Shown one piece after another: positions 18,501 through 30,880 of a stretch of DNA of 47,726 nucleotides (position 1 is its first letter; every line of letters starts with the position of its first letter). Below the pieces are notes generated by a model. The model saw nothing but the letters and a program-made list of their open reading frames with translations, searched no databases and was not told the origin of the DNA. A program made the position numbers and the translations under genes. Source of the DNA: Emiliania huxleyi CCMP1516 (taxonomy: Eukaryota); the NCBI RefSeq assembly GCF_000372725.1, contig NW_005201213.1:248001-295726 (forward strand). Reading direction: 5' to 3'.

Positions 18501-19750
18501 GGCAAGATCCGCGCCGGGGGAGGCCGATCCACAGCCGTAGCCCCGGCCCCGGATGCGCTCGCCCGTTGCGGTGGTCGCTCCCCCCTCGCCGCCAACCCGT
18601 CTCCTTGCCTCCTCTTCTCACGGACCACAGGAGCTGCACAACAAAAGCACACAAACACTCCCTGTCCCTGCATGGCGTGGCACAGGCGCGTCCTCATCCC
18701 CTCCTCCGCTTCCCCTTCCACCCGCTCAGAGATCCGTTCTAGGATGGCGCTAACCACCCCCTCCACCACTTCCGTAGCCGCAGGTCCGTCTTCTGGCTTC
18801 TCACGTGGAACAGCGTGCGAAACTTACCGCCGCACCCATGACAGGCGGCTAGCGTGGGGAAGCGCTCCGTCCCGAGCGACTCGAGAGGGATCCCCACCGC
18901 TTGCCAGTGGCGCGTCACCTGTATTGCCCGCTGTTTGGCCACTCGAGCCACCATCCTCAGGGCGCCTCCTTCCATCCCGAGCAGCGCCCCCGCCATCTCC
19001 GCCTCCGCCATTCCCACCAGTCGCAGGAATCGGGGGAGAGCGGCCGGCACCGCTCCGTCGGGGACGGCCTCCTCCGGGGCCTCTCCAGCAAGCTCATGTA
19101 ACACTCGCAGCGTTGCCACCGCGTCTTTTGCTTCCTCCCCGTCCCCCACAGCCTTGTCTGACCAAGGTAGGAATGACAGGGAGTCGGGCTGCCAGCGCAC
19201 CACCCTCCATGGTGCCATGAAGTCTACCGCCCCGCAGCATGTCTGCGCAGTCCACGCCAGCGTCCGCCGGACCCCGCCCCCATACCACGTGGGGGCCCAC
19301 ATCGTCGGTGCGCCGGACCCCCGCCCCCCCGTGCCGCCCGCCACGAATGCAAGCCGCCGCAGCGCCTCGGTGCCCACCGTCCTGGCCACGTCGTCCCTCC
19401 TCGGCGCGAAGAGGAGCACTCTGACGTGCCGAGGGTTCATTAGTCGGGCGTGGCGGCGGAGCACTCCCGGTTGGCGGCATCTCGGCGGGCGGAGGGGGTC
19501 CTCTTCACCCCCTGCCCAAGCGTGGGTGTTCGCGTAAGCCGACTCCGTAGCGTTGGTCCATCCCGCCGCGTGGCCAAAGGCGATCGTCCCGCTCCCCGGC
19601 CCGGGACGAACATAAGAGCACCTCGTCCACTAGAGACTAGTGTGGAGAACATTTTTTCTGTTACCAACACGACCAACACCAAGCATCGTGCTACAGTGTA
19701 CCTCTCGAGATACGTTACCCCAACACCGCTCTGAATATGAGACAACCATA
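15520..19750 (-). mobile_element. Unclassified, apparently intron-free insertion with degenerate ORFs (possible retroelement remnant)
   Basis: Chained minus-strand ORFs 19464-18739, 18769-17738 and 18099-16867 have Cys motifs and a Pro-rich tail. The block lacks the host's intronic repeats. No RT, integrase or transposase motif was recognised. Confidence 0.3.
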
Positions 19751-20006
19751 GTGCTTAGTGGTCAGAGAGAGGGGACGCACGGAGCAGACACACCCTATAC
19801 GAACCGAAGTACGCATCCCCAAAAGACCACCACCGCGGCGTCTTGTTCACAAACGGGCATGCATCATGGATTTCTCAGTCCCTACCCTCGAGCGACCTGT
19901 AGAGCTGCAGCGGGCGCCCGCCATGCGCTGTACATGGGGCGCCGAACCGGCCCACGGCGCAGCCGCCGAAGCGTCTCCTTCGGCGCTAGGTGGAGGCGGG
20001 TGGTGC

Positions 20007-23000
20007 CTAGAGCGACTTGAGGAGCGCGGCCTTGGCCTCCGCCGAGAGGCCGTCCACGAGGTCGGCGACGGTCTTCTGGATGGCCGCGTCGCGCGTCTGC
20101 TGCACCAGCTCGTCGATCTGCGACTTTGCCGAGTCGAACCAGCCTAGCACGGCGCGGTCGTCCTCCCAGTCGCCGCCCATCATGTCGGCGAGCTTGGCGA
20201 CGGCGTCGGCGTGGGCGAGGTTCGCGTCCGCCCCCTTGAGCGCCTTGACGAGGCCGTCCTGCGCCAGCCGCCTGCGCACGCGCCACGCAAAGTACTCGCG
20301 CGCGTTGGGCCAGTCGACCACGTCGCGGACGACGCCCTTGGCCAGCATGCGGCCAGGCCGGTCGTGCAAGTCGGCAAACTCATACGAGATCTGCGCGTAG
20401 AGCGGGAGCAGCGTGTTCTCGCGCGCCTGGATGGCGGAGCGCAGCGACTGCGCCTCCGACTCCGAGCCCGGCGACTCCTCGACGATCTTCAGCTCGCTGC
20501 TGAGCGCCTGCAGCTTGGCGTCGAGCCGGTGCATCGTCTTGAGGAGGTCGGGCTTGCGGAACTTGACCTCGCAGATGCCGGGCGGCTCGAGGATGCCGCC
20601 GCGCGCGTCGGCGTCCGCGTACATCTCCATCATCTCCTCGTTGATCGTCGGGTCGATGACGACCCACGCGCCTGCGTTGAGAAGACGCCGGCATGAGGGC
20701 GTGCAGACCGTGCTCTGCAGCGTAGTTAGACGACCGAATACGGCCGAGCACGGTCGAGTGCAGTTGAATACGTGTCCTCTAGTCGAATAGTTGACAGACG
20801 AGAATCCGCGGTCCGCTTCTAGGCCCGAGATATGGGGAGAGATGGGGAGAGATTCCGCTTCTAGGCCCGCGCGCCGCCGCGCAGCTCGCCGCACGGAGGG
20901 ATGTACCTACGTGTTGAATATCGGGGCAGGAGTACGGCATTGTGCAGCGTCTTCAGAGCACCGCGTGAACACAACGGAGAAGAATACAGTGAACACAGCG
21001 GAGTACGGTCGAATACGGCGGAATGCGTGTCCTCTCGGGCGCTGGTTGGGATACATGAACACGTATTCCGCTTCTAGGAGGAATGTACGCAAAGACGGGG
21101 TGCTTGTACGTGCGGAGGTTGTCGACGATGTACGAGCCGAACTTGAGGATCTCGCCAAACATGTCGCGGGTGCCGCCCGAGAAGCCGCGCCAGTTGGCAA
21201 ACACCATGAGCGGCAGGTTCTCCGCCGAGTTGAAGTCCTGGATCGCCTGCGCCGTCTTGTAGGCCGAGTCGGGGTACCAGACCTGCCCCGCCTGCGCGAG
21301 GACCGTCTCGCGCGAGGCGGGGTTGGCGGGGTCGGCGGGGATGCGCTGCTCGACGAGGCGCGTCTCGACCGCGATGACGCCCATCGGCACGCCGCCGAGG
21401 CGCGCGCGGCCGACCACGACCGACTTGCCCCAGTCGGCGAGGTACTCGGTGAAGGAGCCCTGTGGGGAGGGTGTCAGGTGGGCAGGGGGTCAGGGGAGGG
21501 TCAGGGAAGGCTCCTGCGCCGCCGCGAGGCGCGGCCGGCCGCGCCTGGTCGAAGAAGCCGGAGAGCCAGGTGCCGTCGGCCGAGACGGTGCCGGCGAGCA
21601 TGTGGCGCGGGTCGTACGGCGTCTTGGTCGGCAGGAAGCCGATCGGCCGGTCAATCGGGTCGGCGGCGGGCGCGGCGAAGGCCGAGTCCGACGCCGTCTT
21701 TGGCACGTACGAGAGCCAGCGCAGCACCTTCTCGACGCCGTCCTGGTCGTCGATGGCGAGCTGGTGGGCGACGCCGTTTGGCAGCATGATCTGCGGGCCG
21801 CCGAGCTGGTCCTGCGACGTGTAAACCTCCTTGCCGAGCAGCTTGTTGAGCGCGCCGAAGCCGGTGAGCAGCAGCGGCCCGTTTTGCATCTGGATGACGC
21901 GCTGGGCGAGCCGGTTGATGTAGGCGCCTACTCACGGCTAGGAAGCGTCTAGGAAGTGTCTAGGAAGTGTCTGGGCGAGCCGGTTGAGGTAGGCGCCGAT
22001 GCCGACCGAGCGGCCCGTGACGTACGAGAGCGTGAACGTCTCGGCGTACGCGGCCGACGTCTCGCCGGCGATCATGCCCGAGCCGCGCAGATTCTCGACG
22101 CCGAGCCCGTCCTTCTGGCCGACGATGTCGTCCAGCTTGTACCGCTTCTCGCCGCCCTCGGTGATGTACTCGCCGTGGAAGTCGGTGCCGGGCGTGAAGC
22201 GGTTGGCGTCCTCCTCGGTGAAGTAGAGGTACTTGTACCCCTTGGCCACGTCCATCGGGTCGTTCCAGGCCACCTTGAAGTACGGCTTGAGCTCCTCGGC
22301 CAGGCCGATGCGCGCACCCGAGTTTGAGGCGATGTGCAGCCGCGGCAGCCCGCGCGCGCGCGCGTACTTGGAGACGGCGTCGAAGAAGTCGTCCTCGGCG
22401 ACGCCAAAGGAGCCGGACTGGACGGTGCAGTCGTTGGCGACGATGACGAGCGGCCGCCCCTCGGGGAACTGAGGCGTCTTGAGCGTCACGTGCCAGCCGA
22501 CCATGCCAACCTTGTTCTCGCCGACGAGCCGCGAGCCCTTGGCGAGCGCGCCCGCCTCGTCGAGCAACAGCTCCTCCGCCTCGAGCAGGTTGGTCGGCAT
22601 CGCCGGGTGGGTGCCGTCGGCGATGGCGGCCTGCCACTCCTTGACGACGCCCTTCTCGAAGAGGCCGAGGAAGTCGTACGCGTACGTGGTGCCGATCCGG
22701 CGCGCGACCGCCCTGCGAGAGCACGGGGGGGCGGAGGAGCCGGTTTTGTGGGGTGGTGTGGGGAGGTGTGGGGAAGTCTCGGGAGTCTTTGCCGGGTGTG
22801 GGGAGATGTGGGGAGATGTGGGGAGATATGCCCCGGCNNNNNNNNNNNNNNNNNNNNNNNNNNNNNNNNNNNNNNNNNNNNNNNNNNNNNNNNNNNNNNN
22901 NNNNNNNNNNNNNNNNNNNNNNNNNNNNNNNNNNNNNNNNNNNNNNNNNNNNNNNNNNNNNNNNNNNNNNNNNNNNNNNNNNNNNNNNNNNNNNNNNNNN

Positions 23001-23258
23001 NNNNNNNNNNNNNNNNNNNNNNNNNNNNNNNNNNNNNNNNNNNNNNNNNNNNNNNNNNNNNNNNNNNNNNNNNNNNNNNNNNNNNNNNNNNNNNNNNNNN
23101 NNNNNNNNNNNNNNNNNNNNNNNNNNNNCCCCCCCGGGGGGGGGGCCCCCCCGGGGGGGGGGGGGGGCCCCCCCCGCCCCCCCCCCCGGGGGGGGGGGGC
23201 CCCCCCGGGGGGGGCCGGGGGCGGGCCCCCCCCCCCCCCCCCCCCCCCCCGGGGGGGG

Positions 23259-23298
<40 letters not shown>

Positions 23299-25930
23299 CC
23301 CCCGGGCCGGGGGGGGGGGGGCGGGGCGGGGCGGGGGGGGAGCGGAGCGGAGCGGAGCGGAGCGGGAGAGACGGAGAGAGGGAGCGGAAAGAAAGAGGGA
23401 GAGAGAAGCCTTGAACTTTTGGATGAGCGGCGCGGGCGTCGTCTCGAGCGGAGGCAGCACGTGCAGGAACAGGTGCGTCGAGGCGGTCGGCATGACGCGC
23501 TTGTCGAGGAAGGCGAGCTGCAGCTCGTCGAGCGCCTACAAGAGAGAGAGCCGGCATATCGCAAAGGCGGGAAGCCGTGGACGGCGCACCAGAGCTCGTT
23601 GAGCGCCTTGAGCAGCGCGCCCTCGGCCGCCTCGGGCGTGTCCATCGCGTCGGAGTGCGTGACTCCGCGTGCGAAGACGCGCTGCTGCACGCCGCGGCCG
23701 GCGCCCTGCGAGCCGAGAAGCACCACCGAGTTGTGCGAGATCGCGGGCAGCCGCACCGGGTTCCAGTTCTGCAGCCGGTCGAGCTCGAGCGCGTTGTAAA
23801 AGGTTGGGTACATGTTGCGCCGGTTGGGGTCCTCGGCGAAGCCGTTGGCCGCGGTGAACGAGAAGAGGCGCGGCCACTTTGGCGGGTTTGGCACCATGAG
23901 CGAGACGAGCCGCACGCCCTTGGCCTTAAGCACGCCTGCGCTGCTCTCGATGGCCGCCTGCGCGGTCGCGATGAGCGCCTCCTCGGCGCCGGCGCCGGTG
24001 CCGATTGGCGCGTTGAGGGCGATGTGCAGCACGTTGAGCGGCGACGAGGCGTCGGCCGGCTCGTAGTCGGAGAGGAGGGACGGGATCGCAGTGCTGAGCG
24101 AGGCGAGCTCGGGCACGAGCGCCAGCTGGCCGTACCTGGACGGACAGAGGTGCCGGCGGCGTGTCTGAGTGTCGGTTGTGGCTCGGGCACGAGGGGCGGG
24201 GCTGGCCGTCACTGGCGCGGGCGAGGGGAGAGGGGAGGGGAGAGGGGAGGCGAGAGGGGAGGGAGAGGNNNNNNNNNNNNNNNNNNNNNNNNNNNNNNNN
24301 NNNNNNNNNNNNNNNNNNNNNNNNNNNNNNNNNNNNNNNNNNNNNNNNNNNNNNNNNNNNNNNNNNNNCGAGCGGGAGACGCGGCAGAGTCGCGCCCGAG
24401 GCGGAGAGCTCGGAGCGCAGCTCGGCGACCACCTGTGGGCCGTGTCGCGGACGTGTCGCGGACGTGTCGCGGGCGTGTCGCGGGCGTGTCGCGGGCGTGT
24501 CGCGGGCGTGTCGCGGGCGTGTCGCGGGCGTGTCGCGGGCGTGTCAGCGGGGCGTGACATATGGACATGTCGGGAGGGGCGGCGGCGCGAGCAGAGTGGA
24601 GGCGGATGGAGGTGGAGGTGGTTGGGAGGGGCGGCGAGGGAGGAGGAGTGTCGGGAGCGTCTCGGGCACCTCCTTGTTCTCTCGGCTAATCTCGGCTACT
24701 CTCGGCTACTCTCGGCTACTCTCGGCTACTCTCGGCTACTCTCGGCTACTCTCGGCACCTCGTCGAACGGCTTCTCCGCCTTGAAGAGGCCAAACTGCGC
24801 CGCGACGAGCGCCAGCTCCTTGTACTGAGCGCCGGGCAGCTGCGAGATCTCAGCGACCACGTCCATGTCGGGCGTGAGCGCCTTGAGCGGCTGCACGCCG
24901 AAGCGCTCGGGGAAGGTGTAGAGCGAGCGCAGCAGCGAGATGGCGAGGTCGACCCGCGCCGGCGTCTGCTCGTGGGCGAGCGCCTTCTCGTAGACGGCGT
25001 TTAGGTCGTCGGGCGACGTCTTGAGCATCGCGGCGATGGCTTGGTCGGTCGACATGCCGGCGAACCTGGGGAGATGTGGGGAGGTGCGGGGAGGTGTGGG
25101 GAGGTGTGGGGAGGTGTGGGGAGATGTGGGGAGATGTGGGGAGATGTGGGGAGGTGTGGGGAGATGTGGGGAGATGTGGGGAGATGTGGGGAGGTGTGGG
25201 GAGATATGCCCCGGCGAACCTGGGCGCGGGAGAGGGGGGCTTGAGGGGGAGAGGGTGGGCGTCGTGCGGTGTGCACTCTGCGGTGTGTGCACTCTCTGTG
25301 CATCGCAGTGACCGGGGCAGCATCGCAGGGNNNNNNNNNNNNNNNNNNNNNNNNNNNNNNNNNNNNNNNNNNNNNNNNNNNNNNNNNNNNNNNNNNNNNN
25401 NNNNNNNNNNNNNNNNNNNNNNNNNNNNNNGAGCTGGCCGTACCGGACGGGGCACTGCGCGTCGTCCTGCGCCTTGTCCTGCGACTGGTACCGGAACTCG
25501 ATGACGGTGCCCGCCGGCTTGGCCTCCGCGGCAGACATGTCGGCCATGTGGTAGGCGCGGTACCAGCGCTTGAGCGCGTCCTGCACGGCGGCGGTGGAGG
25601 GGGGTGGCGGGGAAGGCGGGGGGCGGCGACGGCGGCGGCGGCGGTGAGGGAGGTGGCAGGGAGGGCACGGAGGGTGGTGGCGTCGATGGTGGTGGCGGAG
25701 AGATGGCCGACCACGGCGAGGGCGGGAAGGGGGAGAGGAGCGCGACCTGCAGGAAGTGTCCAGGAAGTGTCCAGGAAGTGTCCAGGAAGTGTCTAGGAGG
25801 TGTCTAGGAGGTGCCTAGGAGGTGTCTAGGAGGTGTCTAGGAGGTGTCTAGGGAGGAGCGCGACCTGCATGGCGGCGGTGCCGACCTGCGTGTCGTCGAA
25901 CAGAGCGAGCAGCGCGTTGGTCACCACCGA
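20007..25930 (-). CDS. ACC1: Acetyl-CoA carboxylase (homomeric), central and carboxyltransferase exons
   Basis: [93 protein letters not shown] and [12 protein letters not shown]; stop at 20007-20009. Confidence 0.93.
20690..20823. mobile_element. Dispersed intronic element copy 3 (in intron 20672-20874)
   Basis: cggtcgagtgcagttgaatacgtgtcctct ... tccgcttctagg. Confidence 0.55.
20935..21078. mobile_element. Dispersed intronic element copy 4 (in intron 20907-21088)
   Basis: agcaccgcgtgaacac ... gtgtcctctcgggcgctggttgggataca ... tccgcttctagg. Confidence 0.6.
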
Positions 25931-27030
25931 GCGGGAGACAGCGGCAGAGTCGGCGCCCGAGGCGGAGAGCTCGGAGCGCAGCTCGGCGACCACCTGTGGG
26001 ACGTGTCGCGTATGTGTCGCGTATGTGTCGCGGGCGTGTCGCGGACGTGTCGCGGGCGTGTCGCGGGCGTGTCGCGGGCGTGTCGCGGACGTGTCGCGGG
26101 CGTGTCGCGGACGTGTCGCGGACGTGTCGCGGGCGTGTCGCGGGCGTGTCGCGGGCGTGTCGCGGGCGTGTCGCGGACGTGTCGCGGGCGTGTCGCGGGC
26201 GTGTCGCGGACGTGTCGCGGACGTGTCGCGGGCGTGTCGCGGACGTGTCGCGGACGTGTCGCGGGCGTGTCGCGGGCGTGTCGCGGGCGTGTCGCGGGCG
26301 TGTCAGCGGGGCGTGACATGGACATGTCGGGAGGGGCGGCGGCGCGAGCAGAGTGGAGGCGGATGGAGGTGGAGGTGGTTGGGAGGGGCGGCGAGGGAGG
26401 AGGAGTGTCGGGAGCGTCTCGGGCACCTCCTTGTTCTCTCGGCTACTCTCGGCTACTCTCGGCTACTCTCGGCTACTCTCGGCTACTCTCGGCTAATCTC
26501 GGCTACTCTCGGCTACTCTCGGCTACTCTCGGCACCTCGTCGAACGGCTTCTCCGCCTTGAAGAGGCCAAGATTACCCGAGATTAGCCGAGATTAGCCGA
26601 GATTAGCCGAGATTACCCGAGATTAGCTCCGCCTTGAAGAGGCCAAACTGCGCCGCGACGAGTGCCAGCTCCTTGTACTGAGCGCCGGGCAGCTGCGAGA
26701 TCTCAGCGACCACGTCCATGTCGGGCGTGAGCGCCTTGAGCGGCTGCACGCCGAAGCGCTCGGGGAAGGTGTAGAGCGAGCGCAGCAGCGAGATGGCGAG
26801 GTCGACCCGCGCCGGCGTCTGCTCGTGGGCGAGCGCCTTCTCGTAGACGGCGTTTAGGTCGTCGGGCGACGACTTGAGCATCGCGGCGATGGCTTGGTCG
26901 GTCGACATGCCGGCGAACCTGGGGAGATGTGGGGAGGTGTGGCGAGGTGTGGGGAGGTGTGGGGAGGTGTGGGGAGGTGTGGGGAGGTGTGGGGAGTTGT
27001 GGGGAGGTGTGGGGAGGTGTGGGGAGGTGT
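25928..27030 (-). CDS. ACC1: Second copy of ACCase central-region exons (duplicate of 24369-25200)
   Basis: [15 protein letters not shown]...[15 protein letters not shown] and its flanking introns recur, with SNPs, different repeat lengths and a 76-nt insertion. Confidence 0.85.
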
Positions 27031-27130
27031 NNNNNNNNNNNNNNNNNNNNNNNNNNNNNNNNNNNNNNNNNNNNNNNNNNNNNNNNNNNNNNNNNNNNNN
27101 NNNNNNNNNNNNNNNNNNNNNNNNNNNNNN

Positions 27131-28313
27131 CTCCGCCTCGAGCAGGTTGGTCGGCATCGCCGGGTGGGTGCCGTCGGCGATGGCGGCCTGCCACTCCTTG
27201 ACGACGCCCTTCTCGAAGAGGCCGAGGAAGTCGTACGCGTACGTGGTGCCGATCCGGCGCGCGACCGCCCTGCGAGAGCACGGGGGGGCGGAGGAGCCGG
27301 GTGGTGTGGGGTGGTGTGGGGTGGGGTACTGTGGGGGTAGGGGACCGCACCTTTGTGTCCGACTGGAAGATGATGCGGTCGATCTTGCCCGACGTCGGCT
27401 TGAAGCCCTCGTCGGGGTTCTCCGCCGTGATGCGCGCGGCGATGACGTGCTTCGGGTACTCTGACGACGGCTTGAAGTAGTCGAGGTTGAACTCGCCGAT
27501 GCCGTCGTAGTCCTCGTCGTAGAAGGCGCGCACCTTGGGGGGCGGCAGGGGGGCGCTAGATTGCCCGAGATTTGCCCGAGATTACTGCCAAGCGAGGCCA
27601 TCGAGATGGCGGCGGAGGGGGGCGGCAGACGACTGAACCATTCAAGCGGCCCGCGGTGCTAAGCGGTGTCCTGGCGCGCCTCGACAAACTCGTTGGCGCG
27701 GCGGATAAACTCGGCGTTGGCGGCGAGGTCCTCCGCCGAGGCCATCACGATGAACTCGATCGCGTTCTCGTCGCCAAACGTCTTGTAGGCCCACTTGCGG
27801 ATCGACATGATGGTCTTTGTTGCCGCCATGCCGTTGTTGGCAATCAGCACGCGGCGGATGAGCGTGTCACCGCCCCGCTCGCGAATGTACGAGTTCATTC
27901 GCTCCTCGAGGTCGGCCTGGTACGTGGCCGCAGTCGACAGCGGCTCCGCCACCGCGCGGACCGAGGAGATGCCTGCGTGTCGTGACGACGGCGTTGGTCG
28001 ACCGCCGGCCGTGCAGAGGCTCGCATGCGCGGGAGCGGGCGGCGGGCACCGCTGCGCGACGTTGCATCGGCCGGCGTGCGCAGCACCGCCGGCGAGGCTG
28101 CGGCGCCCGGCTTGGAGGCCACCGGGCTCCGGAAGGGACCCCACGAGAGTGCGCTGGCGCCGGCGAGGCCCGCCAGCAGCAGGGGCCAGTTGCCCTGCGG
28201 GGAGGGAGGGGCGCGGGGTAGGGGGAGAGGCCGGAGGGCGGCGACCGGCAGCGTTGTGCCGTCTGCGGGCGGGCGGGGGCGCGAGCTTGTGGACGGCAGG
28301 ACATTACCCTCAT
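27131..28313 (-). pseudogene. Internally deleted ACCase copy (N-terminus + one BC exon + start of CT)
   Basis: IANNGMAATK exon is followed by the [21 protein letters not shown] exon and then directly by the [10 protein letters not shown] exon, with no N gap between them. Confidence 0.6.
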
Positions 28314-28989
28314 GGAGCTCAGGCCCAGCTCGCGTGCTCGAGAAGCGGATCGGCCGAACGATTCTCCACAAAGAATTCTTAAAGCGCCAGATTCCGGGTC
28401 GCTCATATACTCAACAAAAGCCTCTCTCACATCCATCCAAAAAGACTACCAGCGTCTGCTGTACTGGTACGGATCGTCGAGACCAAAGCGTACCCGCGGG
28501 AATGGAATGACTGGATTGCGATGCTAGCGATGAAGCCGGGGGAGGACCCTTCAATTGCCCCCTTCCGAGCTGCTGCCGTCGCTGTCGTGATCCCGCTTGT
28601 GCTTCTTACGGTTGCGCTTGCGTTCGGCGCTCTTCTCCTTCTTGTCCTTGCGATGCTTCATCGATGTGTATCGCGCGCCTTGCGGTGATGACGAGCTCTC
28701 GCCAATCATGGGAATCGAGCGCTTAGCGCACGGCAGATCACGGCCGATCGAAGCTTCAAGTTTCGCGTCGAGTCCGATTTGCGGTTTTCACGCTTCACGA
28801 ACGTTGTCGTGAACACATCATGGGGCTGGGGGCTCCGTATCTCATCATATCCACGTGTATCTCCTGGTATATNNNNNNNNNNNNNNNNNNNNNNNNNNNN
28901 NNNNNNNNNNNNNNNNNNNNNNNNNNNNNNNNNNNNNNNNNNNNNNNNNNNNNNNNNNNNNNNNNNNNNNNNGAGGGGGGGGGTCCCCG

Positions 28990-30880
28990 CATCTAGGCCG
29001 GCAAGACGTGTTCTCGACCGCCATGAAGCGCTTGAGGAGCGCGGTGACCGCCGCGATGGCGTGCTCGCGCAGGCCGGGCGCGTACGTGTCGAGCACACCC
29101 TGCACCGGCGCGACCACGCCCTCCAGCTCGGCCTGCTTGCCCTCGGGCTGGCCGGCGATGAAGTCGGCGATCGCCGCGCGGAGCGCGTCGACGAGCCGCG
29201 CCGCCTCCTTGGAGTCCTCGGTGGCGACGTGCTCAGCCAGCGTCTTTGAGAGGATGGACTGCAACGCCAAGTCGAGGTCGGCGGGCAGCTTGTTGCCGAG
29301 CGCGGCCATCGCGTCCGACACCTGCCAGTATTATTTCTTTCATTGGTCTCGCAATTCCGGAGTCATTCATTCATTCATTCAATGGCCGTCGCGTCCGACG
29401 CCTCGCCGACGACGAGGTTGATCGATGAGAGCGCCGCGAGCAGCTTCTGCACCTGCGGCTCGGCCTCCATCACGTAGCCGTCCATCACGAGCTCGAGCGC
29501 CTTTTGCGACGCGCGGAAGGCCTGCAGCGTCGTCTCCTCCTTCTCCGTCGGCGTCTGGTACGCGAGCAAGCCCTCAAACGGCAGAATCTTCTTGACCTTG
29601 GACGGGTCCTTGAGCTCGAGCGAGCCGAGCAGGTCGCCCTGGTTGATGATGGAGCCCGCAGAGAGCTCGTGCTTGAGCGTGCCCGACTCGCTCGCGCGGA
29701 TGGTGATGAGCATCTTCATCGCCTCCGCCTCGGCAAACGGCTGGCCCGCCTCCACCGGCGCGCCGTCGTCGACCAGGTAGCGGACGAGCTTGCCAGTCAC
29801 GTCGGAGCGCATCTCGGACGGGTCAAACACGTTCGGCAGCAGCACGGTGGTGCCGTCGAGCACCATCCGCAGCCCGAGCGGCTCCTCCTTGGCGAACAGC
29901 TGGTGCGTCTCCGAGCCGTACGAGACGTAGAGCGAGCCGTCCGCCTGCCTGCGCGTGCGCACCTATGGGGAGATATGGGGAGATATGGGAGATATGGGGA
30001 GATTGTCCGCCTGCCTGCGCGTGCGCACCTATGCGGAGATATGGGGAGATATGGGAGATGTGGGGAGATTGTCCGCCTGCCTGCGCGTGCGCACCTGAAG
30101 CAGAGGAGTGCGGGCGGGCAGATCAAGCAACGCGACCACCGGCGTCGACATGCGGCCAATCTCCCCATATCTCCCATATCTAGGAAGTGCCTAGGAAGTG
30201 GTCTAGGAAGTGCCTAGGAAGTGTCTAGGGAGCGCCTCGATGTGCTGGCCGGTGCTCGAGAGGACGAGGTCAAAGGCGTCCGGCGCCTTTGGTGTGACGG
30301 TGAAGGAGTACTTGACGTCCTGGTAGGTGAGCTCGAGCGGCATTCCTTGCATCTCGCGCAGCGCCAGCGTCGAGAGCTGCCCCTTGTCGAGCGACTCCTT
30401 GAAGCCGGCGATGTTGTCGGCGATGAGCTTGTGGCCGCGGTAGACGGCGGCGTTGATGACGGCAGACTGCGGCTCAACCTCGACCGAGACCGACTTTGCG
30501 GCGATCAGGCCGTCGAGCCACGCGGTGTCGAGCGTGTTGTCCTTGAACTCTGGCGTGTTGAGCAGCTCGCCGAGGTACTCCACCGTCGTGCGGATGTCGC
30601 CCATGATGAAGAGCTCCTTGAGCGCGAGGACGAGCGCCTTGCGCGCCTCCTCGCGCGTCTCGCCCGTCGCAAAGACGTGGCCAAACTGCGAGTCGGCAAA
30701 CTCGTGCACGCCGCCGTCGGCGACGACGGAGAAGTAGCCCCACACCTTCAGGGGAGAGAGGGGGGGAGATGCGGGAGAGAGGCGGGGGAGAGAGGCGGGG
30801 GAGAGGGGGGGGGAGATTGGCAGGTACTGAGGCCGGAGAGGGCTGGGTTCGGGGACTGTGGGGGTAGGGGACCGCACCTT
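28990..30880 (-). CDS. ACC1: ACCase BC C-terminus, BT and biotin-carrier exons
   Basis: VWGYFSV..VHEFADSQFGHVFA, GDIRTTVEYL, DTAWLDGLIA, and the biotinylation motif AEAEAMKM near 29715-29735. Confidence 0.93.

Noticed and set aside
23129..23340. Poly-G/poly-C block as a Pro/Gly-rich exon or G-quadruplex element
   Set aside because: It contains only G and C runs beside an N gap, typical of low-quality trace.
28550..28720. Lys/Arg-rich minus-strand coding tail (KHRKDKKEKSAERKRNRKKHKRD)
   Set aside because: It is too short and low in complexity to assign, and its upstream part is lost in a gap.
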